Positions 9,176-18,538 of a DNA stretch of 64,000 bases are shown here, one piece after another (the first letter of the stretch is position 1; every line of letters starts with the position of its first letter). Below the pieces are notes generated by a model. It was not told the origin of the DNA. It did no database searches and was given only the letters and a program-made list of their open reading frames with translations. The stretch spans positions 1,856,001 to 1,920,000 of the forward strand of contig OY776510.1 of NCBI GenBank assembly GCA_963675665.1, in the 5' to 3' direction. This DNA is from Spirochaetia bacterium (lineage in GTDB: Bacteria; Spirochaetota; Spirochaetia; UBA9216). Position numbers and translations under genes: made by a program.

Positions 9176-9765
9176 ACGGTGAACTTTTACCTGCCGCGGT
9201 TTTTTTCGGCTCAATATTTACCGGCAATATCCTGCTGTCGAATTATCTTGGGATGTGTTCTTTTCTTTCGGTTTCAAAGGAAATCAAGACATCAACCGGG
9301 CTCGGCGCGGCTGTTATTTTTGTAATGGCGGTTACAAGCCTTCTTAACTGGATAGTCTATCACTATCTTCTTATTCCGCTTCACCTTGAATATCTCAGAT
9401 TTATCGTGTTTATAGTGGTTATTGCGGCCTTTGTTCAGCTTGTAGAGATGATTATCGAACGCGTAAGCGAGGGGCTGTATGCGGCCCTGGGGATTTTTCT
9501 GCCGCTGATAACCGTTAACTGCGCCATTCTCGGCGTCAGCCTTTTTATGGTTATCCGCGACTATTCGCTTGTCAACTCGTTTTTCTTCGGTCTCGGAAGC
9601 GGTATAGGCTGGTTTCTTGCCATTATTGCGATGGCCGGAATACGGAAAAAAATATCCGGAGCGAATATTCCCAAAGGACTTGAAGGCCCGGGAATCACTC
9701 TGATAATTGCAGGCATGATGGCCCTAGCTTTCATGGGATTTTCCGGCATGATCAATATAAGTTAG
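9172..9765 (+). CDS. nqrE: NqrE/RnfA-family subunit
   Basis: YLGMCSFLSVSK, LGIFLPLITVNCAILG, PKGLEGPGI..MALAFMGFSG. Confidence 0.9.
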   Translation: MNGELLPAAVFFGSIFTGNILLSNYLGMCSFLSVSKEIKTSTGLGAAVIFVMAVTSLLNWIVYHYLLIPLHLEYLRFIVFIVVIAAFVQLVEMIIERVSEGLYAALGIFLPLITVNCAILGVSLFMVIRDYSLVNSFFFGLGSGIGWFLAIIAMAGIRKKISGANIPKGLEGPGITLIIAGMMALAFMGFSGMINIS

Positions 9766-9774
9766 GGGGGCGCA

Positions 9775-10884
9775 GTGTTTTCATTATCAGCATTATTAAT
9801 AAGCATCGGTGCAATTACCGCCCTGACTGTGGTGCTTGCCGTCATCCTTGTAGTAGCCGACGCATTTATCGCCAATTACGGCGAGTGCAGGGTAACGGTA
9901 AACGATAAAAAGGAACTTACGGTCAAAGGCGGCCGCTCGCTGCTTGCCACGCTGATGGAAGAAGAAATCTTTATTCCGTCTGCCTGCGGCGGGCGCGGTT
10001 CATGCGGTTTGTGCAAGGTTAAGGTTGAAAGCGGCGCGGGACAGTATCTGCCTACCGAGCTCCCCTGGATAAGCGCAGAAGAGCAGGCCGAAAACGTGAG
10101 ATTGTCGTGCCAGGTAAAAGTCAAACAGGACATGTCAATCCGCATTCCTGAAGAGCTTTTCAGTGTCAAACAGTATAAAACCCGTGTTGAAAGCATAAGG
10201 GACCTGACGCATGATATAAAGGAGGTCCGGTTCCGGCTGATCAGCCCTGATAAAATTGAGTACAGGGCAGGACAGTTTGTGCAGATACTTACCCCCGAAT
10301 ACAAGCTCAGCGATGAGCAGGTTTTCAGGGCATATTCAATGTCCTCGGTCCCGTCTGAACAGAACGTGATTGAACTTGAAATACGGCTGGTACCCGAGGG
10401 TATATGTACAACCTGGGTGCATCAGTACCTGAAAGAAGGCGATGAGGTTACCATCAACGGTCCGTATGGAGATTTCTATCTGAGAGATACCGAACGGGAT
10501 ATCATCTGCATTGCGGGCGGTTCGGGTAATGCTCCCATCAAGTCCATTCTTCTCGATATGGCCGAAAAGGGGAATACCCGTAATGTAAGTTATTTTTACG
10601 GCGCCCGCGGTAAAAAAGACCTGGTGCTTCCTGACGAGATGGCTGCGATTTCCGAAAGGTTGCCGAATTACAAATATATTCCGGTTCTCTCTGATCCTGA
10701 CGAGAACGATGCCTGGGACGGCGAGACCGGCTGGGTTACGGACGCCGTTGCCGGTCATTTGAAATCCGGGAACAATGTGGAAGCCTATCTTTGCGGAAGC
10801 CCGGGGATGATCGATGCCTGTGTGAAGGTTTTAACTGAAAAGGGCGTGCCTGAAGAGTTAATCTTCTATGATAAATTTGCCTGA
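9775..10884 (+). CDS. nqrF: NqrF-like NADH-oxidising subunit (TM anchor, 2Fe-2S, FAD/NAD domains)
   Basis: SACGGRGSCGLC..RLSCQ, RAYSMSS, GPYGDF, IAGGSG, YLCGSPGM, C-terminal YDKF. Confidence 0.9.
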   Translation: MFSLSALLISIGAITALTVVLAVILVVADAFIANYGECRVTVNDKKELTVKGGRSLLATLMEEEIFIPSACGGRGSCGLCKVKVESGAGQYLPTELPWISAEEQAENVRLSCQVKVKQDMSIRIPEELFSVKQYKTRVESIRDLTHDIKEVRFRLISPDKIEYRAGQFVQILTPEYKLSDEQVFRAYSMSSVPSEQNVIELEIRLVPEGICTTWVHQYLKEGDEVTINGPYGDFYLRDTERDIICIAGGSGNAPIKSILLDMAEKGNTRNVSYFYGARGKKDLVLPDEMAAISERLPNYKYIPVLSDPDENDAWDGETGWVTDAVAGHLKSGNNVEAYLCGSPGMIDACVKVLTEKGVPEELIFYDKFA

Positions 10885-10928
10885 TTACGGAACCTGCCGT
10901 TTGCGGCGGCACTATAGGGGAGAGATGA

Positions 10929-11387
10929 ATGAAAAAGAATCCTGCAATGGCCAAGATATATGAAAATATGAAACCCGGAGTAATCTCGCTTCACGGGTTT
11001 CTTGGTGATGATAAACGCGAGATCGGGCAGATCATAGAACATGATGCTGCCGAACTTGAGCGGCTTGAGATTACCGCTGAAGAAATCGCAGACGGGCTGG
11101 ATCGGATAAAAACCAGAGCCCTTGAAGGACTGGGCGATTATATCAGTCTGGATGCCGGTTATTCAGCACGGGCCGATTCGATCAGAGGCAAACTGCCCTG
11201 TCCGTTCGAACATAAAGGGCTTTATCGCAAGACAGTGGTAAGTCTGCGCAGACCGGGAATTGCCGGCGAACTGCTTTTTACCGATCTTGGTGTGCACATG
11301 ATAAGAGAACACGGTTTTTTTCAGGGAAAGGGCAGCCCTTTCCGACTGGAGCCGAATGAAATCATGGAAATAATAAATACTTTGTAA
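10929..11387 (+). CDS. Hypothetical protein following nqrF
   Basis: RBS GGGGAG; GFLGDDKR, RGKLPCPFEH and HMIREHGFFQGKGSPFRLEP look like conserved blocks; no family recognised. Confidence 0.75.
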   Translation: MKKNPAMAKIYENMKPGVISLHGFLGDDKREIGQIIEHDAAELERLEITAEEIADGLDRIKTRALEGLGDYISLDAGYSARADSIRGKLPCPFEHKGLYRKTVVSLRRPGIAGELLFTDLGVHMIREHGFFQGKGSPFRLEPNEIMEIINTL

Positions 11388-11464
11388 GTGCCGGCTGCAT
11401 AATATTCTCTATATAGAGAATATTTTACTTGAATTCCCGATATATATTACTTATTTTATCAAAC

Positions 11465-12265
11465 ATGAGGACGAATACAGAAAGTATCCTTAATGATAAT
11501 TATAAAAAATATCACAGGCCGGAGTATATCGATCCTGATCCGCTGCTTTTCCCAAGGCGTTATACCGACAACCTTGATATCGAAGCAGCGGCTTTTATTG
11601 CTGCATCATTTGCTTTAGGCCGGGTAGGAAATATTATCAGTTTTCTTGAAAGGATTTTTGATGTTCTTGGAAATCCGTATAAGGGTCTTGTCGAACGCAG
11701 CCCTGAAGAAATTCGTTCTCTTTTTTCAGGTTTCAAATACAGGTTTTATTCATCAGCCGACATTTCGCAGTTTATGCTCGGACTTCGCAGAATCTATATT
11801 GATTATGGAAGCATTGAAGCCTGTTTCATGGAAGGCTATTCTTCGGCTGCAAATGATGATTTGTCTGTCCCCCCGGTTATCGCGGGGTTAATCAGAATAG
11901 CGAATAATGTCAACCGTGAAGGCTGCGGTCGCAATGTTGTCTCAAACCCGGAGTGCGGAAGCGCATGCAAGCGGCTGTTTTTATTTCTCCGCTGGGTTGT
12001 AAGAAGAGACGAAATAGATCCCGGGTTCTGGAAGTTTAGTCCTTCCGAGCTGTTGATTCCCGTCGATACCCATGTAATGAAAGTCAGCCGGTACCTGGGC
12101 CTTTCATCACGCAGAACTGCGGATATCAAAACAGCAAGAGAAATTACTGAAAATCTGAAATTATTTGACAAAGAAGATCCCGTAAAGTATGATTTTAGCA
12201 TGTCCAGAATTGGAATCCATCCGGATCTGTCATATGCAGATCTGGAAAATAATATAGGAGTATAA
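11465..12265 (+). CDS. TIGR02757/DUF2400 family protein (HhH-GPD-like)
   Basis: [39 protein letters not shown]. Confidence 0.85.
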   Translation: MRTNTESILNDNYKKYHRPEYIDPDPLLFPRRYTDNLDIEAAAFIAASFALGRVGNIISFLERIFDVLGNPYKGLVERSPEEIRSLFSGFKYRFYSSADISQFMLGLRRIYIDYGSIEACFMEGYSSAANDDLSVPPVIAGLIRIANNVNREGCGRNVVSNPECGSACKRLFLFLRWVVRRDEIDPGFWKFSPSELLIPVDTHVMKVSRYLGLSSRRTADIKTAREITENLKLFDKEDPVKYDFSMSRIGIHPDLSYADLENNIGV

Positions 12266-12266
12266 A

Positions 12267-12644
12267 GTGGCGGTAAAAAAAGAAATTTACAAATGCAACC
12301 TCTGCGGTAATGTTGTAGAGGTTGTTCATGGTGCAGACGGGCAGCTGGTATGCTGCGGACAGCCGATGGAATGTCTTAAAGAGAAGACTGCCGATTCTGC
12401 TACTGAAAAACATGTTCCGGTAATAGAGAAGATAGACGGCGGTTACAGAGTCACTGTCGGAAGTACTATCCATCCAATGGTTGATGAACACTTTATTGAG
12501 TGGATTGAATTGAGTTATGACGGCAAAAGCGGTAAAAAATTCCTTAAACCGGGTGACGAACCTGTTGCGGAGTTTCTGTGCGGTCATCATGACGATGTAT
12601 CAGCCCGTGAATACTGTAATGTACACGGTTTGTGGAAAGCTTAA
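12267..12644 (+). CDS. dfx: Desulfoferrodoxin (2Fe superoxide reductase)
   Basis: [38 protein letters not shown]. Confidence 0.95.
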   Translation: MAVKKEIYKCNLCGNVVEVVHGADGQLVCCGQPMECLKEKTADSATEKHVPVIEKIDGGYRVTVGSTIHPMVDEHFIEWIELSYDGKSGKKFLKPGDEPVAEFLCGHHDDVSAREYCNVHGLWKA

Positions 12645-12669
12645 ACATATTATATTAAGGAGTATGTGA

Positions 12670-12828
12670 ATGAAGTATGTATGCGATGTTTGCGGATATG
12701 TTTATGATCCGGCAGAAGGTGATCCGGATAACGGTGTAGCTGCAGGTACAGCTTTTGCTGATCTTCCGGAAGATTGGGTTTGTCCTCTTTGCGGTGCATC
12801 AAAGGATGATTTCTCACCGGAAGATTAA
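12670..12828 (+). CDS. Rubredoxin (52 aa)
   Basis: Below the ORF-track cutoff; [52 protein letters not shown]; AAGGAG RBS. Confidence 0.97.
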   Translation: MKYVCDVCGYVYDPAEGDPDNGVAAGTAFADLPEDWVCPLCGASKDDFSPED

Positions 12829-13100
12829 AATCCAAGCCCATCCGGGAAGACCCGGCTGAGCTTAGATTCCTCGGAGTTTTAGTGCTTCCTGAAGGAAGTA
12901 CTAAAACATCCATGATGTCACAGCGGAATATTATTAAATATCATTAGAGCTTCTTGCAAAACTCGGTTAGTTTAGCAAGAAGCTTTGAAGAAAAAAATTA
13001 CAATTTTAAGTTATTATATACAGCATAAGAAGTTGTAATTTTTTCTTCAGTTACATTATGGAAGCTCTTTACAAAACTCCCTGAGTTTTGAAAGAGCCTC
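12829..13100. repeat. Cluster of five consecutive inverted repeats between convergent genes (terminator plus REP/BIME-like)
   Basis: Stems include gttttagtgcttcc/ggaagtactaaaac, agcttcttgc/gcaagaagct, gaagaaaaaaattacaa/ttgtaattttttcttc and gctctttacaaaactc/gagttttgaaagagc. Confidence 0.75.
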
Positions 13101-13101
13101 A

Positions 13102-14028
13102 TTAGTTTATTATTTCCTTTTTATACCTTATAACAGCTTTAACTGCCTTGTGGTCCGATATCCTGTCCGGAAGTACCTCATAACTTACAAATTCAAGGTC
13201 TTTTGTGATCATTATCCAGTCCAGGCGCCTGTTGCCGGGTTGATGGGTACCAAGTTTTTCTGATTTTTCATCCCAAACACAAAGATTAAGCCTGTCGGCA
13301 AGAAGTTTTACAGCGGAGTTCCTGTTATACCCGCAGTTGAAATCCCCGGCTATAACAAGCGGGTAATCAAGTTTTTCCAGGTTTCTTATTATTATATCAG
13401 CCTGTCGCCTGCGCATCGGTGCAAGCAGCGGCGCCAGGTGAACTGAAACGACACAGACATGTTTGCCGGTATTCTCGGATATCCTGAATATACCCATGGT
13501 GAAGCCTTTTGGGAGAATGAAAGGCCGTGCTTTAAAAGTGTAGGATTCAGCATGGGAATAGGCTGCGTCGCTTAACAATGCCGTCCCGTAACTGAGTGCG
13601 GCGGTTTCTACATTTTTGGTCCATATTCCGTGGGGATAGCCTGATTTCTCGGCAATGTTTTCAATTAAATCAAGCCCGCCGTTCCATAATCCAGGGCCGT
13701 CTACCTCCTGCAGGGCTGTAATGTCAATTTCTTCCCTGTTTATTGTTTCTGCAATAGCCTCTGCATTTGATGATATTTTTTCTCTGCTTTGAATAAGCTG
13801 GTGAAATCCTTTTCCCCGTCCGTGTCCGATATTGAGCGTAAGTATGGCAAGCTGATTTTCCCTGTGGTGCGGATATTCTCCGGGGATGTTCTGTTCAAAA
13901 TAGAAGGATACGGGAACTGCTTCAACCTTTCCCGAGATTAGAAAAGGCAGTGTTAAAATAATGGAGGTTATTACTATTCCGATTATCAGTAATGGAAAAA
14001 TGATCTTGTTCTTTCTCCTCTTTGACAT
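13102..14028 (-). CDS. Endonuclease/exonuclease/phosphatase-family protein with N-terminal TM
   Basis: LTLNI, ALQEVD, VHL, AGDFN, RLDWI, SDH. Confidence 0.9.
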   Translation of the reverse strand: MSKRRKNKIIFPLLIIGIVITSIILTLPFLISGKVEAVPVSFYFEQNIPGEYPHHRENQLAILTLNIGHGRGKGFHQLIQSREKISSNAEAIAETINREEIDITALQEVDGPGLWNGGLDLIENIAEKSGYPHGIWTKNVETAALSYGTALLSDAAYSHAESYTFKARPFILPKGFTMGIFRISENTGKHVCVVSVHLAPLLAPMRRRQADIIIRNLEKLDYPLVIAGDFNCGYNRNSAVKLLADRLNLCVWDEKSEKLGTHQPGNRRLDWIMITKDLEFVSYEVLPDRISDHKAVKAVIRYKKEIIN

Positions 14029-14153
14029 ATATATACTAATAATCTAATACCTTTAAATCTTTATATCAAATGCTAATTAGATGAATCTATTCGTATATAA
14101 AAAAATGTACGGTCAAATGTCTCTGTATAATTCCATGAATATGCATCCGGGTT

Positions 14154-15002
14154 TCAGCTTAAAAACTCCGTGATTTCTTCCCTGAGGGTTTCGGCCCTGT
14201 TAAGACCGTGGTTATATAGATTCTGCAGTTTCCCAGTATCTTTTTCAGTGCGGCCGACTTCCATTGTTGTTTCGGGCCTGATAATCAGGGCTCTGCCTTC
14301 TTTTTCAGCCTGCTCACAGTATTCAACCGCATTGTTGTATTCGTTATGTCTGTTTTCAAAGCGCGATGTCATTTCAGGCCATTTGCGATAGACTATATTG
14401 ACGAGACGATTGAGTGATGATTCTTTTTTTCTGTAGCCCGGCTCTCTTGTAAGAATGATGATGTTTTTATTGCACCCGTCATGCTCAGCCCTTCGAACGG
14501 GGATGGAATCGCTTATTCCTCCGTCAAGGTAGAACCTGCCGTTCAGGCTGACCGCCGGCGACAAAAGCGGAAGGCTGTTTGAGCCGGCAAGCACCTTCAT
14601 CATAAAGTCTTCCCTGCTGAAGTTGCCGCGCTCGAGATATACAGGTTTTCCGGTTATACAGTCGGTAAGGACCGAATAGAATTTTGACGGTGAAGATTCA
14701 AAAGTCTCGTAATCAAAAGGAATCAGAATATTGGGATAGGTGTTGAACAACAGCTCAACATCAAGCAGGTTATGTTGAGTGAAGATATTTACAGGACTGA
14801 AATAACTGTATTTTCCCACATAATCCACAAAGACCTTTTTATTGCGCTGAAATTGCCGGGCTACATAACTTGCCCCGTTGCTGGCCCCGGCGGAGACGCC
14901 GTAGACAGAATCGAAATGAATGTTGTTGTTTAAGAAAGCATCAAGTACGCCGGCGGTAAACGCTCCGCGCATACCGCCGCCTTCGAGGATGAGTCCTGTC
15001 AT
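14154..15002 (-). CDS. Patatin-family phospholipase (YjjU/DUF6363 type)
   Basis: LEGGGMRG, GVSAG, DGG. Confidence 0.92.
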   Translation of the reverse strand: MTGLILEGGGMRGAFTAGVLDAFLNNNIHFDSVYGVSAGASNGASYVARQFQRNKKVFVDYVGKYSYFSPVNIFTQHNLLDVELLFNTYPNILIPFDYETFESSPSKFYSVLTDCITGKPVYLERGNFSREDFMMKVLAGSNSLPLLSPAVSLNGRFYLDGGISDSIPVRRAEHDGCNKNIIILTREPGYRKKESSLNRLVNIVYRKWPEMTSRFENRHNEYNNAVEYCEQAEKEGRALIIRPETTMEVGRTEKDTGKLQNLYNHGLNRAETLREEITEFLS

Positions 15003-15859
15003 TCAGTAATTTTAATCGAGCCGGAAACTGTGCTTATTTCAACATCCGTTCCGCCGCTGCCGATAACTCCTCTTATTGTATTTCGTTTTGTTTCGGTTAC
15101 GGAAACCGGCAGTTCTGATGAAACAGATCCGCTGACTGAATGAAGATCCACATCAGCATTAAAACCGGATGGAACTTCAAGCATAACTCTTCCTGAAACC
15201 GAACTGATGTCAATTTTACCGGAAGGATGATTTTTTTCAAGTACCCCCTGTATCCGGCCTGATGTAGTTGAAGCTTCTATTTCATCGCCGAACGCGCTGA
15301 ATGATAATGCGCCGCTGACGCTTGATATATCCAGGTCGCCGGCGCTGTCAGTCGTGATGTTTCCGGATGTTGTTGAAAGTTTTTGTTCGGTATCTTCGCC
15401 GAGTCCGCTTATATTAATTCTTCCGCTGACTGAATTCACTTTCAGAAACATCAGGTCTTCAGGTACCTTCAGAAAAAAATCGACAGAGCCGAAGTTGCCC
15501 GGAGATTTGGGGTAGACAGCCGCAATAGTCAGTTCGGTGCCTGCAAGATCCGTTTTTACCTCGGGAGCTTTCCCCGGGCCGTGTTTTCTAAAGTCAAGTT
15601 TGATGTAGTTTTCATTCCAGCTTTCTGCTTCTATAATTCCGGATATATTCTTGATGTACAGTTTGTCGACAGGTTTATCGCTTTCATAAGTGCCCGATTC
15701 TTCTCCTTCGTTAATTGCAGTTCCTGAACCGTTGTTCCAGTATGAAGACGGTTCATAAAACGGTTTGTCGATGAACAGTGAATAAAAAGCGAAAATAATG
15801 ACGGCGGCTACCAGGATGGCCCCGAGAATGTTTATGATATCAATAAATGACCTGTTCAT
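14999..15859 (-). CDS. DUF4097-type beta-strand repeat membrane-anchored protein
   Basis: N-terminal TM; repeated SVSG/TTSG motifs; ATG 15859 avoids overlap with the upstream gene. Confidence 0.85.
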   Translation of the reverse strand: MNRSFIDIINILGAILVAAVIIFAFYSLFIDKPFYEPSSYWNNGSGTAINEGEESGTYESDKPVDKLYIKNISGIIEAESWNENYIKLDFRKHGPGKAPEVKTDLAGTELTIAAVYPKSPGNFGSVDFFLKVPEDLMFLKVNSVSGRINISGLGEDTEQKLSTTSGNITTDSAGDLDISSVSGALSFSAFGDEIEASTTSGRIQGVLEKNHPSGKIDISSVSGRVMLEVPSGFNADVDLHSVSGSVSSELPVSVTETKRNTIRGVIGSGGTDVEISTVSGSIKITE

Positions 15860-15860
15860 T

Positions 15861-16151
15861 TCAATCCCGGTAATCCTGGCGTTCGTCTTCCATCTGGTCA
15901 AGTTCCCGCTGTATCATTCTCTCCTCAAAAAGGCTTCCTTTAAATGCGTAAACCTGAAAGAAGTGCGAGACAATTCCAATTCCCCAGCCAAGCGCCGCCC
16001 ACAGCCACCACTGGTATCCGCCCCAGGTCATATTATTTACTATAGCGAGAAAACAGATAACAATTATATAAGTGATAAGGTGACGTAAAAAATCAATCTT
16101 CGCTTTAGCTCTTTTTCTGGCTATCTTGTATTTTTCTTCTCTTTCGTCCAT
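15861..16151 (-). CDS. 2TM-domain protein
   Basis: ARKRAKAKIDFLRHLITY...WWLWAALGWGIGIVSH...EERMIQREL; GGAGG RBS before ATG 16151. Confidence 0.88.
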   Translation of the reverse strand: MDEREEKYKIARKRAKAKIDFLRHLITYIIVICFLAIVNNMTWGGYQWWLWAALGWGIGIVSHFFQVYAFKGSLFEERMIQRELDQMEDERQDYRD

Positions 16152-16240
16152 TAGTTCCTCCAAACGTTTATACTAACTTTAAGTATTTAATATAACACAG
16201 CGGCATTTTCAAAGTGTCACTTTTTATGTAAAATTTGATT

Positions 16241-16864
16241 ATGGAAAATTCAAGGCGCAAACTGGAATATATACGTGATTTGATTAAACCGGAACTTTCT
16301 GTTCTGGAAAGGATAGAGAATGAAAACCTGCAAAGGAACGATGTACAGCCGTCAATTGAGCCTGAGACCGGACGTTTCCTGGAATTGCTTGTAAGGCTGA
16401 CGGGGGCAAAACGGGTTCTTGAGATTGGAACAAGCAACGGCTGCTCGGCTTTATGGATTCTTAAAGCACTGTCGGTCACGGGCGGCCGGCTTGTAACGAT
16501 TGATTCGAAAGAAAGGCTTCACCTTGAAGCAGTCCGTAATTTCAGGGAAGCAGGTTTTTCAAATGTAAGGGCGATATTGGGCGATGCAGCAGAAGAACTT
16601 GATAAACTTGAGCCGGAATTCGACATTATCTTTCAGGATTGCGGTAAATATCTTTATCCTGAATTGTTTGAAAGAACAGTTGATCTTTTAAAGCCCGGAG
16701 GACTCTTGATAGCGGACGATACACTATTCAGTTTTGAACCGCGGGTCCGGCCCAACCTGGGAAAATTTACCGATCAATATAACGAACTTGCATTCGGTAG
16801 TAACAAACTTCTAACTTCAATAATTCCGATTGGACATGGATTAACGTTGAGTTTTAAATTATAA
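16241..16864 (+). CDS. SAM-dependent O-methyltransferase (YrrM/COMT-like)
   Basis: RVLEIGTSNGCSA, FDIIFQDCGK, LKPGGLLIADD. Confidence 0.9.
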   Translation: MENSRRKLEYIRDLIKPELSVLERIENENLQRNDVQPSIEPETGRFLELLVRLTGAKRVLEIGTSNGCSALWILKALSVTGGRLVTIDSKERLHLEAVRNFREAGFSNVRAILGDAAEELDKLEPEFDIIFQDCGKYLYPELFERTVDLLKPGGLLIADDTLFSFEPRVRPNLGKFTDQYNELAFGSNKLLTSIIPIGHGLTLSFKL

Positions 16865-16871
16865 TATCAGT

Positions 16872-17678
16872 ATGAGTGATTTAACGGAGAAAAAAGCGTT
16901 TATTTGCGATATGGACGGTGTTATCTATCATGGTAACAAATTGCTTCCGGGTGTAAAGGAATTTGTAAACTGGCTCAGAAAAGAAGACAAGAAATTTCTT
17001 TTTCTGACGAACGGAAGTCAGCGTTCACCTCTTGAGCTGCAGCAGAAGCTTTCCAGGCTTGGCGTTGTAGTTGAGAAAGAGCATTTCTACACAAGCGCTC
17101 TTGCTACGGCAGGGTTCCTTGCGCAGCAGCAGCCGGGCGGCTCTGCCTTTGTAATAGGCGAAGCCGGTCTTATAAATGCCCTCTATGATGCCGGAATGAC
17201 GATGAATGATGTAAATCCTGATTACGTAGTTGTCGGAGAGTCCAAAACATATAATATGGACATGCTTGAACATGCTGTTAATCTTGTTATAGGCGGGGCT
17301 AAACTGGTTGGGACCAATCCTGATCTTACCGGTCCTATTGAAAACGGAATAGCTCCGGCAACCGGGGCGCTGATGGCGCCGATAGAGCTTGCCACAGGCA
17401 ATAAGGCCTACTATATCGGCAAGCCCAATCCGCTGATGATGCGGCAGGCTCTCAAGCGTCTTGAAACCAAACGTGAAGATACGGTAATAGTCGGCGACAG
17501 GATGGATACCGATATAGTATCGGGAATCGAATCCGAAATAGAAACAGTTCTTGTTTTGAGCGGCGTTACTGATGAAACCGAGATGAATCGGTTTGCCTAC
17601 AGGCCCGGTTATATTTTCAGCGGTGTGGGTGATATCCCCAATGCAGGGGCCAAAGAACACCCTGTTGCGAATAAATAA
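16872..17678 (+). CDS. HAD-IIA hydrolase, NagD-like
   Basis: DMDGV, LTN, GKP, GDRMDTDI, LVLSG. Confidence 0.92.
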   Translation: MSDLTEKKAFICDMDGVIYHGNKLLPGVKEFVNWLRKEDKKFLFLTNGSQRSPLELQQKLSRLGVVVEKEHFYTSALATAGFLAQQQPGGSAFVIGEAGLINALYDAGMTMNDVNPDYVVVGESKTYNMDMLEHAVNLVIGGAKLVGTNPDLTGPIENGIAPATGALMAPIELATGNKAYYIGKPNPLMMRQALKRLETKREDTVIVGDRMDTDIVSGIESEIETVLVLSGVTDETEMNRFAYRPGYIFSGVGDIPNAGAKEHPVANK

Positions 17679-17695
17679 AAGGCAAGCGGGGCGCA

Positions 17696-18490
17696 ATGAT
17701 TCTCAATTATAAGGAATATGGCTCAGACCGCTTTCGGGCGGTCTTTTTTCTTCATGGTTTGCTCGGAAGTTCTGATAACTGGGGTTCAACCTGCAGGGCG
17801 CTTTCAGAATATGGTTTTCGCTGTATTGCTGTTGACCAGCGCAATCACGGCTCATCTCCGCACAGCCCGGAAATGAATTACCCGCTGATGGCCGAAGATC
17901 TTGTAAAACTTGCAGATGCGCTGAAGCTGGAACGGTTCAGCGTTGCGGGCCATTCAATGGGCGGCAAGACTGCAATGGAAGCGGCTCTTGGTTATCCGGA
18001 CAGGATTGATTCGGTTATTGTGGCCGATATTGCGCCGATTCAATACAAACCGGCATATATCGATTATATTGATTCATTAAAACAGATTGATTTAAGCGGA
18101 ATAAAACGGCGGTCAGACGCAGATTCACTTCTGGCGGAATATGTACCCGACAGGCACTTAAGGATGTTTTTTCTTACCAACCTGAGAAGGTCGGATGACG
18201 GACGGTTTAAATGGCGGATAAATATTGACGGGATAACCGGAAATTATGAGAATATCTGGCAGGCTGTTGACGGCGGCAGGGTTTATAACGGTCCTGTTTT
18301 GTTTATAAAGGGAGGCAATTCCGGTTTTATCCAGGATAAGAACAGGGACATAATCAGGCAGCTTTTCCCGTCGTATACTATTAAGGTGATCGACGGGGCC
18401 GGACACTGGATTCATTCCGAAAAGCCGGCAGAATTCAGAGAGGAAGTCAGGAGGTTTCTGGCTGACACTTTGCAGATTTCTGAATCATGA
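17696..18490 (+). CDS. Alpha/beta hydrolase, YbfF-like esterase
   Basis: LHGLLGS, DQRNHG, GHSMGGK, AGHWIH. Confidence 0.92.
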   Translation: MILNYKEYGSDRFRAVFFLHGLLGSSDNWGSTCRALSEYGFRCIAVDQRNHGSSPHSPEMNYPLMAEDLVKLADALKLERFSVAGHSMGGKTAMEAALGYPDRIDSVIVADIAPIQYKPAYIDYIDSLKQIDLSGIKRRSDADSLLAEYVPDRHLRMFFLTNLRRSDDGRFKWRINIDGITGNYENIWQAVDGGRVYNGPVLFIKGGNSGFIQDKNRDIIRQLFPSYTIKVIDGAGHWIHSEKPAEFREEVRRFLADTLQISES

Positions 18491-18538
18491 CCCGGCTGTG
18501 CTTTATTAAAACCGTATAAAAATGTAAGATGTCCCGGT

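Noticed and set aside
8588-9214. Long antisense or alternate-frame ORFs (also 17025-17696, 40606-41415, 60127-60702 and the other short overlapping ORFs)
   Set aside because: They overlap well-supported genes and show no recognisable motifs.
12650-12913. 87-aa minus-strand ORF
   Set aside because: It is the antisense shadow of rubredoxin and the hairpin region.
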